From positions 1-64,000 of IMG/VR virus record IMGVR_UViG_3300023184_000025: DNA of 64,000 nucleotides; one strand, 5' to 3'. Positions 19,110 to 28,757 of this stretch are shown here, piece by piece (the first letter of the stretch is position 1; the number at the start of each line of letters is the position of its first letter). The position numbers and the translations under genes were made by a program. The notes beneath the pieces were generated by a model. That model was not told the DNA's origin. It saw nothing but the letters and a program-made list of their open reading frames with translations, and ran no database searches.

Positions 19110-19735
19110 ATTACTTTTACCCTTATGTCGTTTACTGCGTACTCTTGTGTGTATTCTGCGGGAGGTGCATCTATGCCCAGGGCCGCAGCCAGTCGTAGAT
19201 TGTTGTCCATTACAGGTTTATCATTGTATTTCCACCATGCGGCCAATATGTCTCGATTCTGGCTGCAAATGATCTGTGCCATGTTCTTTAAGTCTCGAAA
19301 ATACTCATGATAGTCAGGATATGTTATATCAAAATGCCCGCATTTGACCCACCAGCCCAGGCATGCGTCATCATTTCGATGCACAATTACAATGGGTGTT
19401 TCGGGGAATAGGTCGCGCAAATAGTCAATGTGATTTGAGAACACATGACTTTTGATAATACGCACACCCTTGGATTCTTTAAATTGAAATGGCTCAGCAA
19501 ATATTTCTTCTAGTTGCTGTCTGTTTAATGTTGTCAAATCCTCAGGCAGTGGGCTAATCATGCCTGGATCAAAGTACGCACCCAGATGCATGAGTTCCAT
19601 TTTGCCCGATGCATCATGATAGTAAGTCCATTCATCTCTATAGTCCGAACGATCAATGTCAGGACTATAGTAGATGTTTTTGACTACACTACTCCATTTT
19701 GAGCCCGGAGCACCGGCTACAAAGATATATTTCAT
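19106..19735 (-). CDS. Sulfotransferase-like protein
   Basis: FVAGAPGSKWSSV, IIKSH and IVIVHR motifs. Confidence 0.5.
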   Translation of the reverse strand: MKYIFVAGAPGSKWSSVVKNIYYSPDIDRSDYRDEWTYYHDASGKMELMHLGAYFDPGMISPLPEDLTTLNRQQLEEIFAEPFQFKESKGVRIIKSHVFSNHIDYLRDLFPETPIVIVHRNDDACLGWWVKCGHFDITYPDYHEYFRDLKNMAQIICSQNRDILAAWWKYNDKPVMDNNLRLAAALGIDAPPAEYTQEYAVNDIRVKVI

Positions 19736-20715
19736 TCTTTACTTAAATCAATTCGACTCAACACAGGAATAAATGCCGCACGTAATTCGTCCATTTGCTT
19801 TCGAAGCCCTGCAGGAGTCAACTCATCTTCAGCATAGAAAATAACATTGGCTTCTCTGTATTCTGCATATTCTCGGCTACGAACCGCGGCACTAAATTGT
19901 TGTTGATACCAGGCAACAATTTCTCGATCTGTCCCAGGAGGCAATTGTATACTCCAGGCCGCATATACATTGATGCCAGGGGCAATGGTGTTCAACAACG
20001 GGACACCAGGAAACTGTGCCATCTTTTGTGTGCCTGTGAACCCAATAGGCTTTACCTTGCCTGCGTCAACCAGAGATTTGGCCACTGTAATCGGTATAAT
20101 AGCAAATTCAGTACCTGTTTTGCCGTCATAACTTGCGGCACTGGTTACTGCTGGCATAGGGCCGTTGAACCTTACAGGATTAACCATGTCTCTATTGCCT
20201 TTTCCTTTGTCCATCAAGTATTCATATGCTGTGCGATGTGCTCCACCGCCGACTGCAATATTAATTGTTCTGCCTGACTGAATATACTTCACAAACTCCT
20301 GTGGAGTATTAACACCGCTCTTGACACCGGCCACTAATACCAATGGTGATTTGCCCATGGTCAACACATCAATGAATGAGTCGTAATTGTATTTCTTTAT
20401 ATTCTTTTCCCAAATATCATTTGTTACATAACTGCTCATGTGGCTGGGCAAGTTAATAGTATGGCCGTCATTGACTGCTTCCAAAAACCGGTTGTTGGCA
20501 ATAACCGAATCGGCTCCGGGAATGTTTTGCACAACATAAACAAATTTAGGGTTTTGTTTCTGTACAATATCCGCCAGTTTACGAAAGGCCATTTCATTGC
20601 CAGCACCGGGTGTGTTACCAATATACACAGTGACAGGCTTAGTTGGTTCCCATGCGTGAACTAGTGTGCTTGCAGTAACAAGCAATAAAGCAACAAACTT
20701 TTTTAATGTACTCAT
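19732..20715 (-). CDS. Bug/TctC tripartite tricarboxylate transporter substrate-binding protein
   Basis: Signal peptide (AHA-like) then WEPTKPVT...PGAG, V.N.PGA, DGHT and P.VP...PG...W....PPGT. Confidence 0.85.
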   Translation of the reverse strand: MSTLKKFVALLLVTASTLVHAWEPTKPVTVYIGNTPGAGNEMAFRKLADIVQKQNPKFVYVVQNIPGADSVIANNRFLEAVNDGHTINLPSHMSSYVTNDIWEKNIKKYNYDSFIDVLTMGKSPLVLVAGVKSGVNTPQEFVKYIQSGRTINIAVGGGAHRTAYEYLMDKGKGNRDMVNPVRFNGPMPAVTSAASYDGKTGTEFAIIPITVAKSLVDAGKVKPIGFTGTQKMAQFPGVPLLNTIAPGINVYAAWSIQLPPGTDREIVAWYQQQFSAAVRSREYAEYREANVIFYAEDELTPAGLRKQMDELRAAFIPVLSRIDLSKE

Positions 20716-20746
20716 ATTATCTCCTTAAATATACTTAATTAAAAAA

Positions 20747-20777
20747 ACAAGACCAGTAAAATTTTTACAGGTCTTGT
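20747..20777. promoter_or_regulatory. Inverted repeat between the divergent tctC-like and methyltransferase genes
   Basis: ACAAGACC-AGTAAAATTTTTACA-GGTCTTGT. Confidence 0.45.
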
Positions 20778-20808
20778 AAAATTATTTATCTCAAAGGTAA
20801 AATTTTAT

Positions 20809-21534
20809 ATGAATACCAAAATTTTTGACTTATTAACTAAAAATTTGCAGGCCGCCTTTAATTTACCCAAGTATCAGAGAATTCTTGACACCATTGGGCC
20901 GGACACAGAAGTTGACAAACTTCCTTGGACTCCGGCTAGATATCGTAAATTCAAAGACGCTGTGGATGCTGAATTGCAGTTGTCCTGCGATTATGTTGGT
21001 ACATTAAAGAACATAACAGCTGATCTCAGCGAACGTTATATCAATCACTTTTTTGGCGAAATCTGGAAACCCAGAACTGGCGACTATGACTACACAGGCT
21101 GGCAGTTGGCTGAAGAAATTAATCAACTCAATCCACATAGTGTACTAGATGTTGGTTGTGGATATCATCCTTTTAAAGGTCGTATTAACAACGTTGTTGG
21201 TATTGATCCCTATAACAACTGCGCCGATTACATGGTTGACATTCTGGACTATGCTGGTAGTCACGATGTTATTATTGCTTTGGGATCAATTAACTTTAAT
21301 AGTCGTGATGAGATTGAATCACGCTTTGCTAAGTGTGTTGATCTATTAGAATCAGGCGGCAAATTTTATCTACGAGCAAACCCTGGAATCACACACAAAA
21401 CAGGACCATATGTTGACATATTCCCCTGGAGTTTTGAAATAGTCAAAGAGTTTGCTGACAAGTACAAGTTAAAGTTGTTAGAGTTTAAAAAAGACAACAA
21501 CGATAGACTGTACTTTGTGTATTCTAAACCTTGA
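20809..21534 (+). CDS. Class I SAM-dependent methyltransferase with N-terminal ACP-like domain
   Basis: VLDVGCG, VVGIDP and DVIIALGSINF motifs; the N-terminal ~75 aa resemble an acyl carrier protein pattern. Confidence 0.72.
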   Translation: MNTKIFDLLTKNLQAAFNLPKYQRILDTIGPDTEVDKLPWTPARYRKFKDAVDAELQLSCDYVGTLKNITADLSERYINHFFGEIWKPRTGDYDYTGWQLAEEINQLNPHSVLDVGCGYHPFKGRINNVVGIDPYNNCADYMVDILDYAGSHDVIIALGSINFNSRDEIESRFAKCVDLLESGGKFYLRANPGITHKTGPYVDIFPWSFEIVKEFADKYKLKLLEFKKDNNDRLYFVYSKP

Positions 21535-22165
21535 TATCTTTGATTAAATCAAAGGCAGCCAAATGAGCTTGTTCTAAAGGGTGTAGTGTGTTGCTAATAG
21601 GATATCCTTTGACCTGGCTCCACTCTAAGAAATTCTTATCTTCAAACTTGGTCATGTAAGGACGTACATAGTTTTGTAGGTCCATAATTCCTGGCGGTGC
21701 ATGATATTTACTGTCAAAGGTTAAGTCGTCCATGTAGGTCATTATAAATGGACAGTTCTTTTCTTTAAGTGTGTCTATGGCCAAGCGCATACACATTAGA
21801 GTATTGAGTTTATCTCTGTACTCAGAGTGTAGGTTTTTAAAATAAAAAGTAGAATTGGTATCTTTTTCAATAGGGCGTAGTGTTAGCCAATCATCTTTGT
21901 GATCAGTGTGATCAAATCGATCAATCCAGGTCCATCCGATCACAAACAAGCTGTGTTCATTGCAGCCTGCTTGATTTAGCACACGGTCAAGTATGCTGAG
22001 ATTGCCAATGCCTGGGCGGGCATAACAAATATATTGGTAATCTAAATGATTAGCAAGATGTGCGGGCCAGGTTAGTTTACTGGGTGTGGCCCAAAGAGCA
22101 CCATTTCCGTCGTCAGATAAATCTGTTCCAAAAATGAAACTGCACCCAAAGCTTTTGAGTTTCAT
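21524..22165 (-). CDS. SGNH-hydrolase-like protein
   Basis: FGCSFIFG, TWPAHLA, PGIGN and HPLEQAH motifs. Confidence 0.65.
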   Translation of the reverse strand: MKLKSFGCSFIFGTDLSDDGNGALWATPSKLTWPAHLANHLDYQYICYARPGIGNLSILDRVLNQAGCNEHSLFVIGWTWIDRFDHTDHKDDWLTLRPIEKDTNSTFYFKNLHSEYRDKLNTLMCMRLAIDTLKEKNCPFIMTYMDDLTFDSKYHAPPGIMDLQNYVRPYMTKFEDKNFLEWSQVKGYPISNTLHPLEQAHLAAFDLIKDIKV

Positions 22166-22173
22166 AGGTATAG

Positions 22174-22728
22174 TTATATACCAGCGGCGGCCTGTAGACT
22201 GCGAATATCTTTTTCGCGTTCAAAAATTTGTTTTGGTTGAATACCTGCGGCTATGCGCATTTCGTTTAGTCCTGACTCTTTTTCTTTACGATACAGTTTA
22301 GGACTTAGCGGAACTAAGCTATCAAATATTTCTTCAGTAAAAGGGTGCTCTTTTCCTTCGTAGCGCATGGTCCAGTCGTCAGGGCCAAACTCGGTGAGTG
22401 TACTTAAATCGTCAACTAACTCTGCTGTGTGCTTGCCAGAAGTACTACGTCTACGCATTTCTACGTAGACCAGATATCTACCGGCTTTGATTTCTCCTGG
22501 ACTGGTGTCTGAATCCAACACAAAGTCATAGCCTTTTTCAAACCAATTCACAAGATCCTTTGCGGCTTGTTTACTGCGAACAAAAAAGCTTAGTACAATA
22601 ATTTCGTCGTCGTCGCCCATTTTACTAGCAAATTCGTCCACGTGAATTGTGGGCTTCATCATGCCCTCTAGGTCCTTGTACTCAAGGCCTTCAAACAGCG
22701 GCTGGTTGTTGTGCATCTTGTCCTCCAA
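22174..22728 (-). CDS. Hypothetical phage late protein
   Basis: Acidic ORF coupled to the upstream gene; LFE|G near the N-terminus. Confidence 0.6.
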   Translation of the reverse strand: MEDKMHNNQPLFEGLEYKDLEGMMKPTIHVDEFASKMGDDDEIIVLSFFVRSKQAAKDLVNWFEKGYDFVLDSDTSPGEIKAGRYLVYVEMRRRSTSGKHTAELVDDLSTLTEFGPDDWTMRYEGKEHPFTEEIFDSLVPLSPKLYRKEKESGLNEMRIAAGIQPKQIFEREKDIRSLQAAAGI

Positions 22729-23281
22729 TTGCTGGTTGTTGTACGTCGTCTTGCCGGAATTCTTCTTGGTCTAGATCTTCTTCGTAGGCGCTGTCTAGAT
22801 CTTCTAGGTCAATTTGTTCGCCTTCCATCTCAATGGAGCCTGTGCGAATATCAGACATCAATGTCTTGGGCATGACTATTTCAACCAGCCATACTTTTTT
22901 ATCGATTAATCGTGCTTTGTGTGTACCAGGAATGAAATCATCGGGATCCTCAATTTTAATTGGAATCTTTATGTTTTTCTTCATGTATTTTACTTCGCAG
23001 TCAAAGGGAAGTAAACGACGAGCCCCACGTGGGTCGGGCATGAGTTTTTCAGGCCACATAAAAATACAGCCAACTTTGTATTTTCCGATAGTTGGACCTT
23101 GTACTAGTTCACCCAAAATCCAATTTTTAAATGCATAGATATCTAGCTCATCCAGCACACGTTCAAAGTCCAACAGGCTCAACAGACTACCTTCAGACAT
23201 GTAGATGTTTTTAATATTGTCGGCTACCAGCCAGTAATCACTGTGGTCTTTGAAGATATCTTTATCAAGTTTATTGCTCAT
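22691..23281 (-). CDS. Hypothetical phage late protein
   Basis: 196 aa with an MPDPRG motif and acidic tail; TAAATA 5 nt before the ATG. Confidence 0.65.
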   Translation of the reverse strand: MSNKLDKDIFKDHSDYWLVADNIKNIYMSEGSLLSLLDFERVLDELDIYAFKNWILGELVQGPTIGKYKVGCIFMWPEKLMPDPRGARRLLPFDCEVKYMKKNIKIPIKIEDPDDFIPGTHKARLIDKKVWLVEIVMPKTLMSDIRTGSIEMEGEQIDLEDLDSAYEEDLDQEEFRQDDVQQPAIGGQDAQQPAAV

Positions 23282-23436
23282 ACTATTATTTATTGTTCTT
23301 TAGAAACTAGTTGGTTTTTGCTTTATTGTCAGGATCCGGACAGCCTAATACTTATGACATAATTTACCGAAATACAGATACACTAAACTTATTTTTATAA
23401 TGCCTAAATACCTGTGCCCAGGAAAGGGAGTTAACT

Positions 23437-24189
23437 ATGTTCAAAGGAGAACCGAACTTGAGTAGAAACCGAGGCGCCAAGGCGCAAAAACGCATCCAAA
23501 CAGTTACTGAAAATACCATTCAATTTAACTTACAACCCAACTTAAAACAACGAGCAATAGAACTTATACCCAAAACTAAAAACCAAGAAAACCTTATATT
23601 AAATCTACTCGACGTAGATCAGCACATCATAGTAACAGCAGGGCCAGCAGGAACTGGTAAAACTTATCTAGCCATGCTGGCAGCGGTCAAAGCATTTAGA
23701 AGTGGAGAAGCCAAGCGTATCGTTCTAACTCGTCCCGCCATTGGCGTGGAGGATGAACAACATGGCTTTTTACCCGGCAATCTAGTGGCCAAAATGGAAC
23801 CCTGGACAAGACCCCTGCTTGATGTACTGCGTGAATACTACCGACCCACTGAGATCACTGCAATGATTGAAGATGGTACTATTGAAATTTCACCCTTAGC
23901 CTACATGCGTGGACGCACGTTCAAGCATTCCTGGATTATTGCAGATGAAATGCAAAACGCTACTCCTGCACAGATGAAAATGCTATTAAGCCGTATAGGC
24001 ACAGGCAGTCGTATTGTGGTCACCGGAGATGTGGAACAAGCAGATCGACAACAGGATAACAATGGGTTGTTGGATCTATGCTTAAAATTAGAAGCAAGAC
24101 CCATCAACGGAATGGCTGTGTGCAGAATGACCGGCCGAGATATACAAAGACACCCAATAATTGGAGAGGTACTACAATTATATCAATAA
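23437..24189 (+). CDS. phoH: PhoH-family ATPase
   Basis: GPAGTGKT, LTRPA, GFLPG, YMRGRTF, DEMQN and VTGD..Q.D motifs; alternative TTG start at 23458. Confidence 0.93.
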   Translation: MFKGEPNLSRNRGAKAQKRIQTVTENTIQFNLQPNLKQRAIELIPKTKNQENLILNLLDVDQHIIVTAGPAGTGKTYLAMLAAVKAFRSGEAKRIVLTRPAIGVEDEQHGFLPGNLVAKMEPWTRPLLDVLREYYRPTEITAMIEDGTIEISPLAYMRGRTFKHSWIIADEMQNATPAQMKMLLSRIGTGSRIVVTGDVEQADRQQDNNGLLDLCLKLEARPINGMAVCRMTGRDIQRHPIIGEVLQLYQ

Positions 24190-24225
24190 ACATTTAACAA
24201 CAAAGGGCAGACTATAAATATTTGA

Positions 24226-25212
24226 ATGATTAAAATAGACCAAATCCGTGCATTACACATTGAACTTAGTTCTCGTTGCAATGCACGATGTCCCATGTGT
24301 ATGCGTAACTACCGGGGCGTGGATTTTAATGGAGGGTATCCGTTGACTGAGTTGTCACTCAGTGATATTCAACACATATTCCCTTCACACTTTTTAAAAC
24401 AAATTAACCGTATTAACTTTAACGGAAATCTTGGAGATTTTAGTCTGGCCAGCGATGCGTTGGAAATAGTTGACTACTTTTTATCTAATAGTACTGCTCA
24501 AATACAGATTGAAACAAATGGTAGTACACGTTCTACTGCCTGGTGGCAGAAATTAAACAACCATCGAATTAAAGTATTATTTGCATTAGACGGACTCAAA
24601 GACACACACAATCTGTACCGTCAGAACACTGATTGGGAAAAAATAATAGATAATGCTGTGGCGTTAATCCAATCAGGCGGAAATGCTGTTTGGAAATTTA
24701 TTCCGTTTAAACATAACCAACATCAATTTAATAGTTGTCAGACACTGAGCCGTCAGTTGGGATTTTCAGATTTTACAGTACGAGATCAGGGACGTAATCA
24801 AGGACCGGTATTTACAAGAAACGGCGAGTTTAGTCATTGGCTTGGCGATGCACAATCTGACATACCCGATTCTAATGCTTTAATTGAAGATCATTTGACC
24901 TGGTTTGATTATAAAAAGAAAATTCCCTGGGTTAATGATAATGCACAAATAGATTGTGGCCATATAAAACAAAAAGAGATTTATATAGCTGCCGACGGAT
25001 CTGTGTATCCTTGTTGTTATCTGGGATATTTTCCAAAGACAATGCATCAACCAGGAAACAGTCAATTTAAAGATCTTGTCAAAGAAAACAATGCATTAGA
25101 ATACAGTCTAGAGCATTGCATTGATTGGTTTGACCAGGTAGAAAAAACCTGGACTTTACCCAGTGTGGCACAGGGTAAGTTGTATACGTGTGTTAGTGCC
25201 TGCGGACACTAA
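24226..25212 (+). CDS. Radical SAM protein with SPASM/twitch-like C-terminus
   Basis: CNARCPMC, ETNG, FALDG and ADGSVYPCC...C..ACG motifs. Confidence 0.88.
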   Translation: MIKIDQIRALHIELSSRCNARCPMCMRNYRGVDFNGGYPLTELSLSDIQHIFPSHFLKQINRINFNGNLGDFSLASDALEIVDYFLSNSTAQIQIETNGSTRSTAWWQKLNNHRIKVLFALDGLKDTHNLYRQNTDWEKIIDNAVALIQSGGNAVWKFIPFKHNQHQFNSCQTLSRQLGFSDFTVRDQGRNQGPVFTRNGEFSHWLGDAQSDIPDSNALIEDHLTWFDYKKKIPWVNDNAQIDCGHIKQKEIYIAADGSVYPCCYLGYFPKTMHQPGNSQFKDLVKENNALEYSLEHCIDWFDQVEKTWTLPSVAQGKLYTCVSACGH

Positions 25213-25219
25213 CACTTTT

Positions 25220-25843
25220 CTATTCACCAATGATAATATTGTAGAGTTCTTTCCAATTTTTTACTATTGGAATTGATTCATGGTAATGGTTCATGTTATG
25301 CCCGTGTTCAATGAGAATTGATTTGAGTCCAATATCAAACCCAACTTTGGCATTTTCGGGTTTGTCTTCTACCCACCAGCACCCTGAGTTTCTATAAGGC
25401 TCAAGTGCTTCGTGTTTGTCAGCACCTGTAGGCAAACAAACAATCTCTTCAAATACTGTATCGCCAAACAATTTGTCAAGATTCATTCTGCGTAATTTTT
25501 GTGCGTTGGGATCTGTACTAAGGCTAGTAATACAATGAAACACATAGCCATGTTCTTCATGAAGACGTTTTACATAGTACATGGCATCACGCAGGGGTGG
25601 CAAGAATCCAATTGCGGCGCTTTCATTGAACATCTTGATCAGTTTGCGACCTTGTTCGTAAGAGATATTGTAACGTTCCCCAATATCGTAGTTTAACTCG
25701 CCGCCGGGTACCTTTGTAAATCCATGTTCGTCCATCCAGATAGCAAAGGCGTACTCCCAATTAAGCAGTACTCCGTCACAGTCAACTAGGATTACCTGAC
25801 TGTTCACCTGGCTGAGAGATCGGTTCTTGTTTAGTAATTTCAT
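25220..25843 (-). CDS. HAD-superfamily phosphatase (5'-nucleotidase-like)
   Basis: LVDCDGVL, ITS, K and WVEDK motifs. Confidence 0.82.
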   Translation of the reverse strand: MKLLNKNRSLSQVNSQVILVDCDGVLLNWEYAFAIWMDEHGFTKVPGGELNYDIGERYNISYEQGRKLIKMFNESAAIGFLPPLRDAMYYVKRLHEEHGYVFHCITSLSTDPNAQKLRRMNLDKLFGDTVFEEIVCLPTGADKHEALEPYRNSGCWWVEDKPENAKVGFDIGLKSILIEHGHNMNHYHESIPIVKNWKELYNIIIGE

Positions 25844-26843
25844 ATCCGTTTTCTTTAAATAATCGTGTAATGGTCAATATAATATTAAGTCAATGTAAAC
25901 GAGCAGTGATTGTATTGTATAGATAATCAGCCCAAATCTCATGACCAAGTTCAGTTGGATGTTTTGTGGCTTTTTGGTAATTTAACTTGCTTTTTTCTAA
26001 CCATGAGATTGCCAATTCACTGCTGGCATATAGACTCATAAATTGGAATTTATATTTTTTATACAGGTCAATATCTTTGAGTAGCTTGTGCAATGGTACC
26101 AGCGCAATGCCAGAAAGAAATCTAACATCTGTAGGATAATCTTGATTACTCTGATACTCAGCCAAACAATCGACCCAGATTTTTTTAGTTAGATAATCTT
26201 CAAGCACTGAAATATTACTATCAAAACTGTAGGTAAAGTTTCTAGAAATTACAAATTGAACCAAACTATGTTGCTTGCATGTTTGAGCAAGATTCTCAAA
26301 CATATTTTTTTCGTATTCACACAAATATTCTTCAAGACTGGGTTGTTCTTCAGGAACCCAAACTCTGTCCCAATATGATTCTCGGCAGTTTTCAGTTAGA
26401 GTAATTGTCACAATAATCTTTTTATATTTTGTCTCAACTATAGGTAAAAGACTTTTTACCCAATCACAAAACTCTATATTGGCACCACCACACTTGGCAA
26501 GATTGATAAAATCAGCATCTAGTTTTTTTGCCAGCAATGCACCATATATTTTGTTGACTCTGTTGGGATGGTCATGCTTACCAGCTTCAGCATCAATATC
26601 AAGAAGACTATCTCCCCAGGTCCAGCTGTCCCCAGCTGTGATCAACAAAGTATCTTTGTTGTGTAGTGATTCATGATACCACGATCTTGCTGGAGATGAA
26701 AGATTGTTGTGTATTTCAGCTAATAAATTAAAATAACCCATTGATCTAAGTTGTTAGGGCAACAGCGTTGCCGATTGTTTGTTCATTGGCTTTTCTTCTT
26801 TTTTAATTTCGTACCCGTTTTCTTTAAGTAATCGTGTAATGGT
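25835..26843. repeat. 40-bp imperfect direct repeat (25835-25874 / 26804-26843) bracketing an SGNH gene
   Basis: taatttcatatccgttttctttaaataatcgtgtaatggt vs taatttcgtacccgttttctttaagtaatcgtgtaatggt (37/40 identical). Confidence 0.85.
25890..26741 (-). CDS. SGNH-hydrolase-like protein
   Basis: AGDSWTWG, NLAKCGGAN and HPTELGH motifs. Confidence 0.68.
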   Translation of the reverse strand: MGYFNLLAEIHNNLSSPARSWYHESLHNKDTLLITAGDSWTWGDSLLDIDAEAGKHDHPNRVNKIYGALLAKKLDADFINLAKCGGANIEFCDWVKSLLPIVETKYKKIIVTITLTENCRESYWDRVWVPEEQPSLEEYLCEYEKNMFENLAQTCKQHSLVQFVISRNFTYSFDSNISVLEDYLTKKIWVDCLAEYQSNQDYPTDVRFLSGIALVPLHKLLKDIDLYKKYKFQFMSLYASSELAISWLEKSKLNYQKATKHPTELGHEIWADYLYNTITARLH

Positions 26844-27059
26844 TGACTCGTAGTACTGATAAAAATAAGTGATAATTTTGTCCCAGTCCTTGGGTAAATT
26901 TTGACCTTCCAGGGTGCATTTTACCACCTCAAGTTTTTTAAAGTCTAAGATAACACTACAGGTCTGGATGTCTTTGGTTTTGACATTTTTAGATACAGTC
27001 ATGACTTCGTCAATTTTGCCATCAGCTTTTCTAAAGTATGTAATAAGCATGTATCTCAT
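26754..27059 (-). CDS. Hypothetical protein
   Basis: 101 aa, coupled to the clamp loader gene. Confidence 0.6.
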   Translation of the reverse strand: MRYMLITYFRKADGKIDEVMTVSKNVKTKDIQTCSVILDFKKLEVVKCTLEGQNLPKDWDKIITYFYQYYESTITRLLKENGYEIKKEEKPMNKQSATLLP

Positions 27060-27976
27060 AGCTGACTTAACTCTACTAGTGTCGCTGACAAATTAATTTC
27101 TTGGTCTGCCATCATTGGAATGTTTACAATTCCTTGTCTAATGATAACAATGGCCTGATCTTGCTTTGCAGGATTATCACTCCATAAATCAAGATTATCA
27201 TACATCCAACGATACACTTCTTCCATTTCTTCTGGACGCACACTTGAACATAGCAAAATACGTGCTTCTTTAACTCGACCAGCTTTGAATAAATTGACTA
27301 CATCCAATTTCCAGTCTTTGATTGCACCGCCTTCGTCGCCCCTAGGAGAAGTAAGTTGTCCACTAGTGGAATTCATCTGACACATGTTAAGACATTTACG
27401 CAGATCAGGATACGTTGCTTTTACATAAGTATCCAAGGTATCCAAGTCAAACTCCATGCCTTCTGTGACCAACACAGTGGCAACACGAGCAGTAAACTCA
27501 GTGACGTCCACACGTTCAATGTGAAAACCCTGGCACCTAGAATGTAGCGCAGGAATAATACGGTTAGGGTAGTTACAAGTAAGAATGAAACGAGCACTGG
27601 CATGATATGTTTCCATGACACCGCGCAATGCAGCCTGCCCATTTGGAGTGATATAGTCTGCTTCGTCTAACAGTACAACTTTAAATTCACCAAACGGCAT
27701 TGTTTGCACAAAGCCAGTGATCTTATCTCTGATTGTTTCTACAGAGTTTTCTCTCGATGCGTTAATTTCTAACACATCATATTCGTCAATGCCCAATTGA
27801 TGTATCAGGATTTTGGCCAAGGTAGTTTTGCCCACACCCGGAGCTCCACTAAACAACAAGTGAGGTATTGAAGCCGACTTGACCCATCCTGCTACCTGTT
27901 CCTTTTGTGCATTGTCTCTAAATACATAACCATCCAAATCTATAGGGCGGTATTTTTCTGTCCAAAGTTCTTTCAT
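27056..27976 (-). CDS. Clamp loader ATPase subunit (RFC small subunit / T4 gp44-like)
   Basis: WTEKYRP, PHLLFSGAPGVGKTT, EINAS, LDEAD, AALR and SRC motifs. Confidence 0.92.
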   Translation of the reverse strand: MKELWTEKYRPIDLDGYVFRDNAQKEQVAGWVKSASIPHLLFSGAPGVGKTTLAKILIHQLGIDEYDVLEINASRENSVETIRDKITGFVQTMPFGEFKVVLLDEADYITPNGQAALRGVMETYHASARFILTCNYPNRIIPALHSRCQGFHIERVDVTEFTARVATVLVTEGMEFDLDTLDTYVKATYPDLRKCLNMCQMNSTSGQLTSPRGDEGGAIKDWKLDVVNLFKAGRVKEARILLCSSVRPEEMEEVYRWMYDNLDLWSDNPAKQDQAIVIIRQGIVNIPMMADQEINLSATLVELSQL

Positions 27977-27977
27977 G

Positions 27978-28160
27978 TTACCAACTCTCCACGTCTGTTA
28001 TATCTAATTTAATTGTTGACTTAGGATCAAACTCAATGCTAACATTGGGTCCAATGCCGCTGGTAGATTCTTCAGACCACGTTACTGTATCAATATCATA
28101 CATTTCAAAAACTTCTTTGAGTTTTTGAAATTGCGTTTTAGTAATTACGATTGTTTTCAT
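27978..28160 (-). CDS. Small hypothetical protein
   Basis: 60 aa with an SGIG motif, ending DITDVESW; in operon. Confidence 0.6.
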   Translation of the reverse strand: MKTIVITKTQFQKLKEVFEMYDIDTVTWSEESTSGIGPNVSIEFDPKSTIKLDITDVESW

Positions 28161-28383
28161 TTCTTTTTAATACCTCAATCATTCTGTCTTGTTCCCACCG
28201 ATCTTCATCAGTGAATTTGGGCAAGTCTGCATACAAATCTTCTATAAAACATTTTACACGATATAAGTCTTGTTTGCAACAGGAAGAGGTAAAACCGTCA
28301 TTGTACGGAGAACGAACTTGGCTGGCAATAGAACGCAGTTGCTGAAAGATATCAGCAATGTCCCAGTTTTGTTTAAAACCCAT
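28138..28383 (-). CDS. Hypothetical protein
   Basis: SPYNDGFT motif; in operon. Confidence 0.6.
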   Translation of the reverse strand: MGFKQNWDIADIFQQLRSIASQVRSPYNDGFTSSCCKQDLYRVKCFIEDLYADLPKFTDEDRWEQDRMIEVLKRNENNRNY

Positions 28384-28757
28384 TAACGGCGTGAGGATGC
28401 TTGAATAGCGTCTGACAGAGTGTCATCGGACGGCTGTGTTTTAGATATCAATAAAATGTCTTTTGGGTCAACTTTTCGGATTGTTTTTGCTCCAACGTCA
28501 TCTTCAATTTCAACACCACGTGTCCAACGACCATGTGCCACGCAAATCCATTGTCCAACAGTGACATCTTTTTGTTCTGGACCAACGGCATAAACTTCAC
28601 CCCAGCGTGGTCTTATTCCGGCTGTGGTACCATTGTCGTTTAGTAGTAAAATACCGCTTTGTAGTTTGCGGCCTGAAAACTCCATTTCGGCAACAATCAC
28701 TGTGTCACCTAGTGGTCTTAGTTTGGAAATTCTATGCGGTGCAAAAGCTAATTTCAT
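28383..28757 (-). CDS. GroES-like co-chaperonin (phage gp31-type role likely)
   Basis: LRPLGDTVIV, SGILL and GEVYAVGP...V.VG motifs. Confidence 0.85.
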   Translation of the reverse strand: MKLAFAPHRISKLRPLGDTVIVAEMEFSGRKLQSGILLLNDNGTTAGIRPRWGEVYAVGPEQKDVTVGQWICVAHGRWTRGVEIEDDVGAKTIRKVDPKDILLISKTQPSDDTLSDAIQASSRR

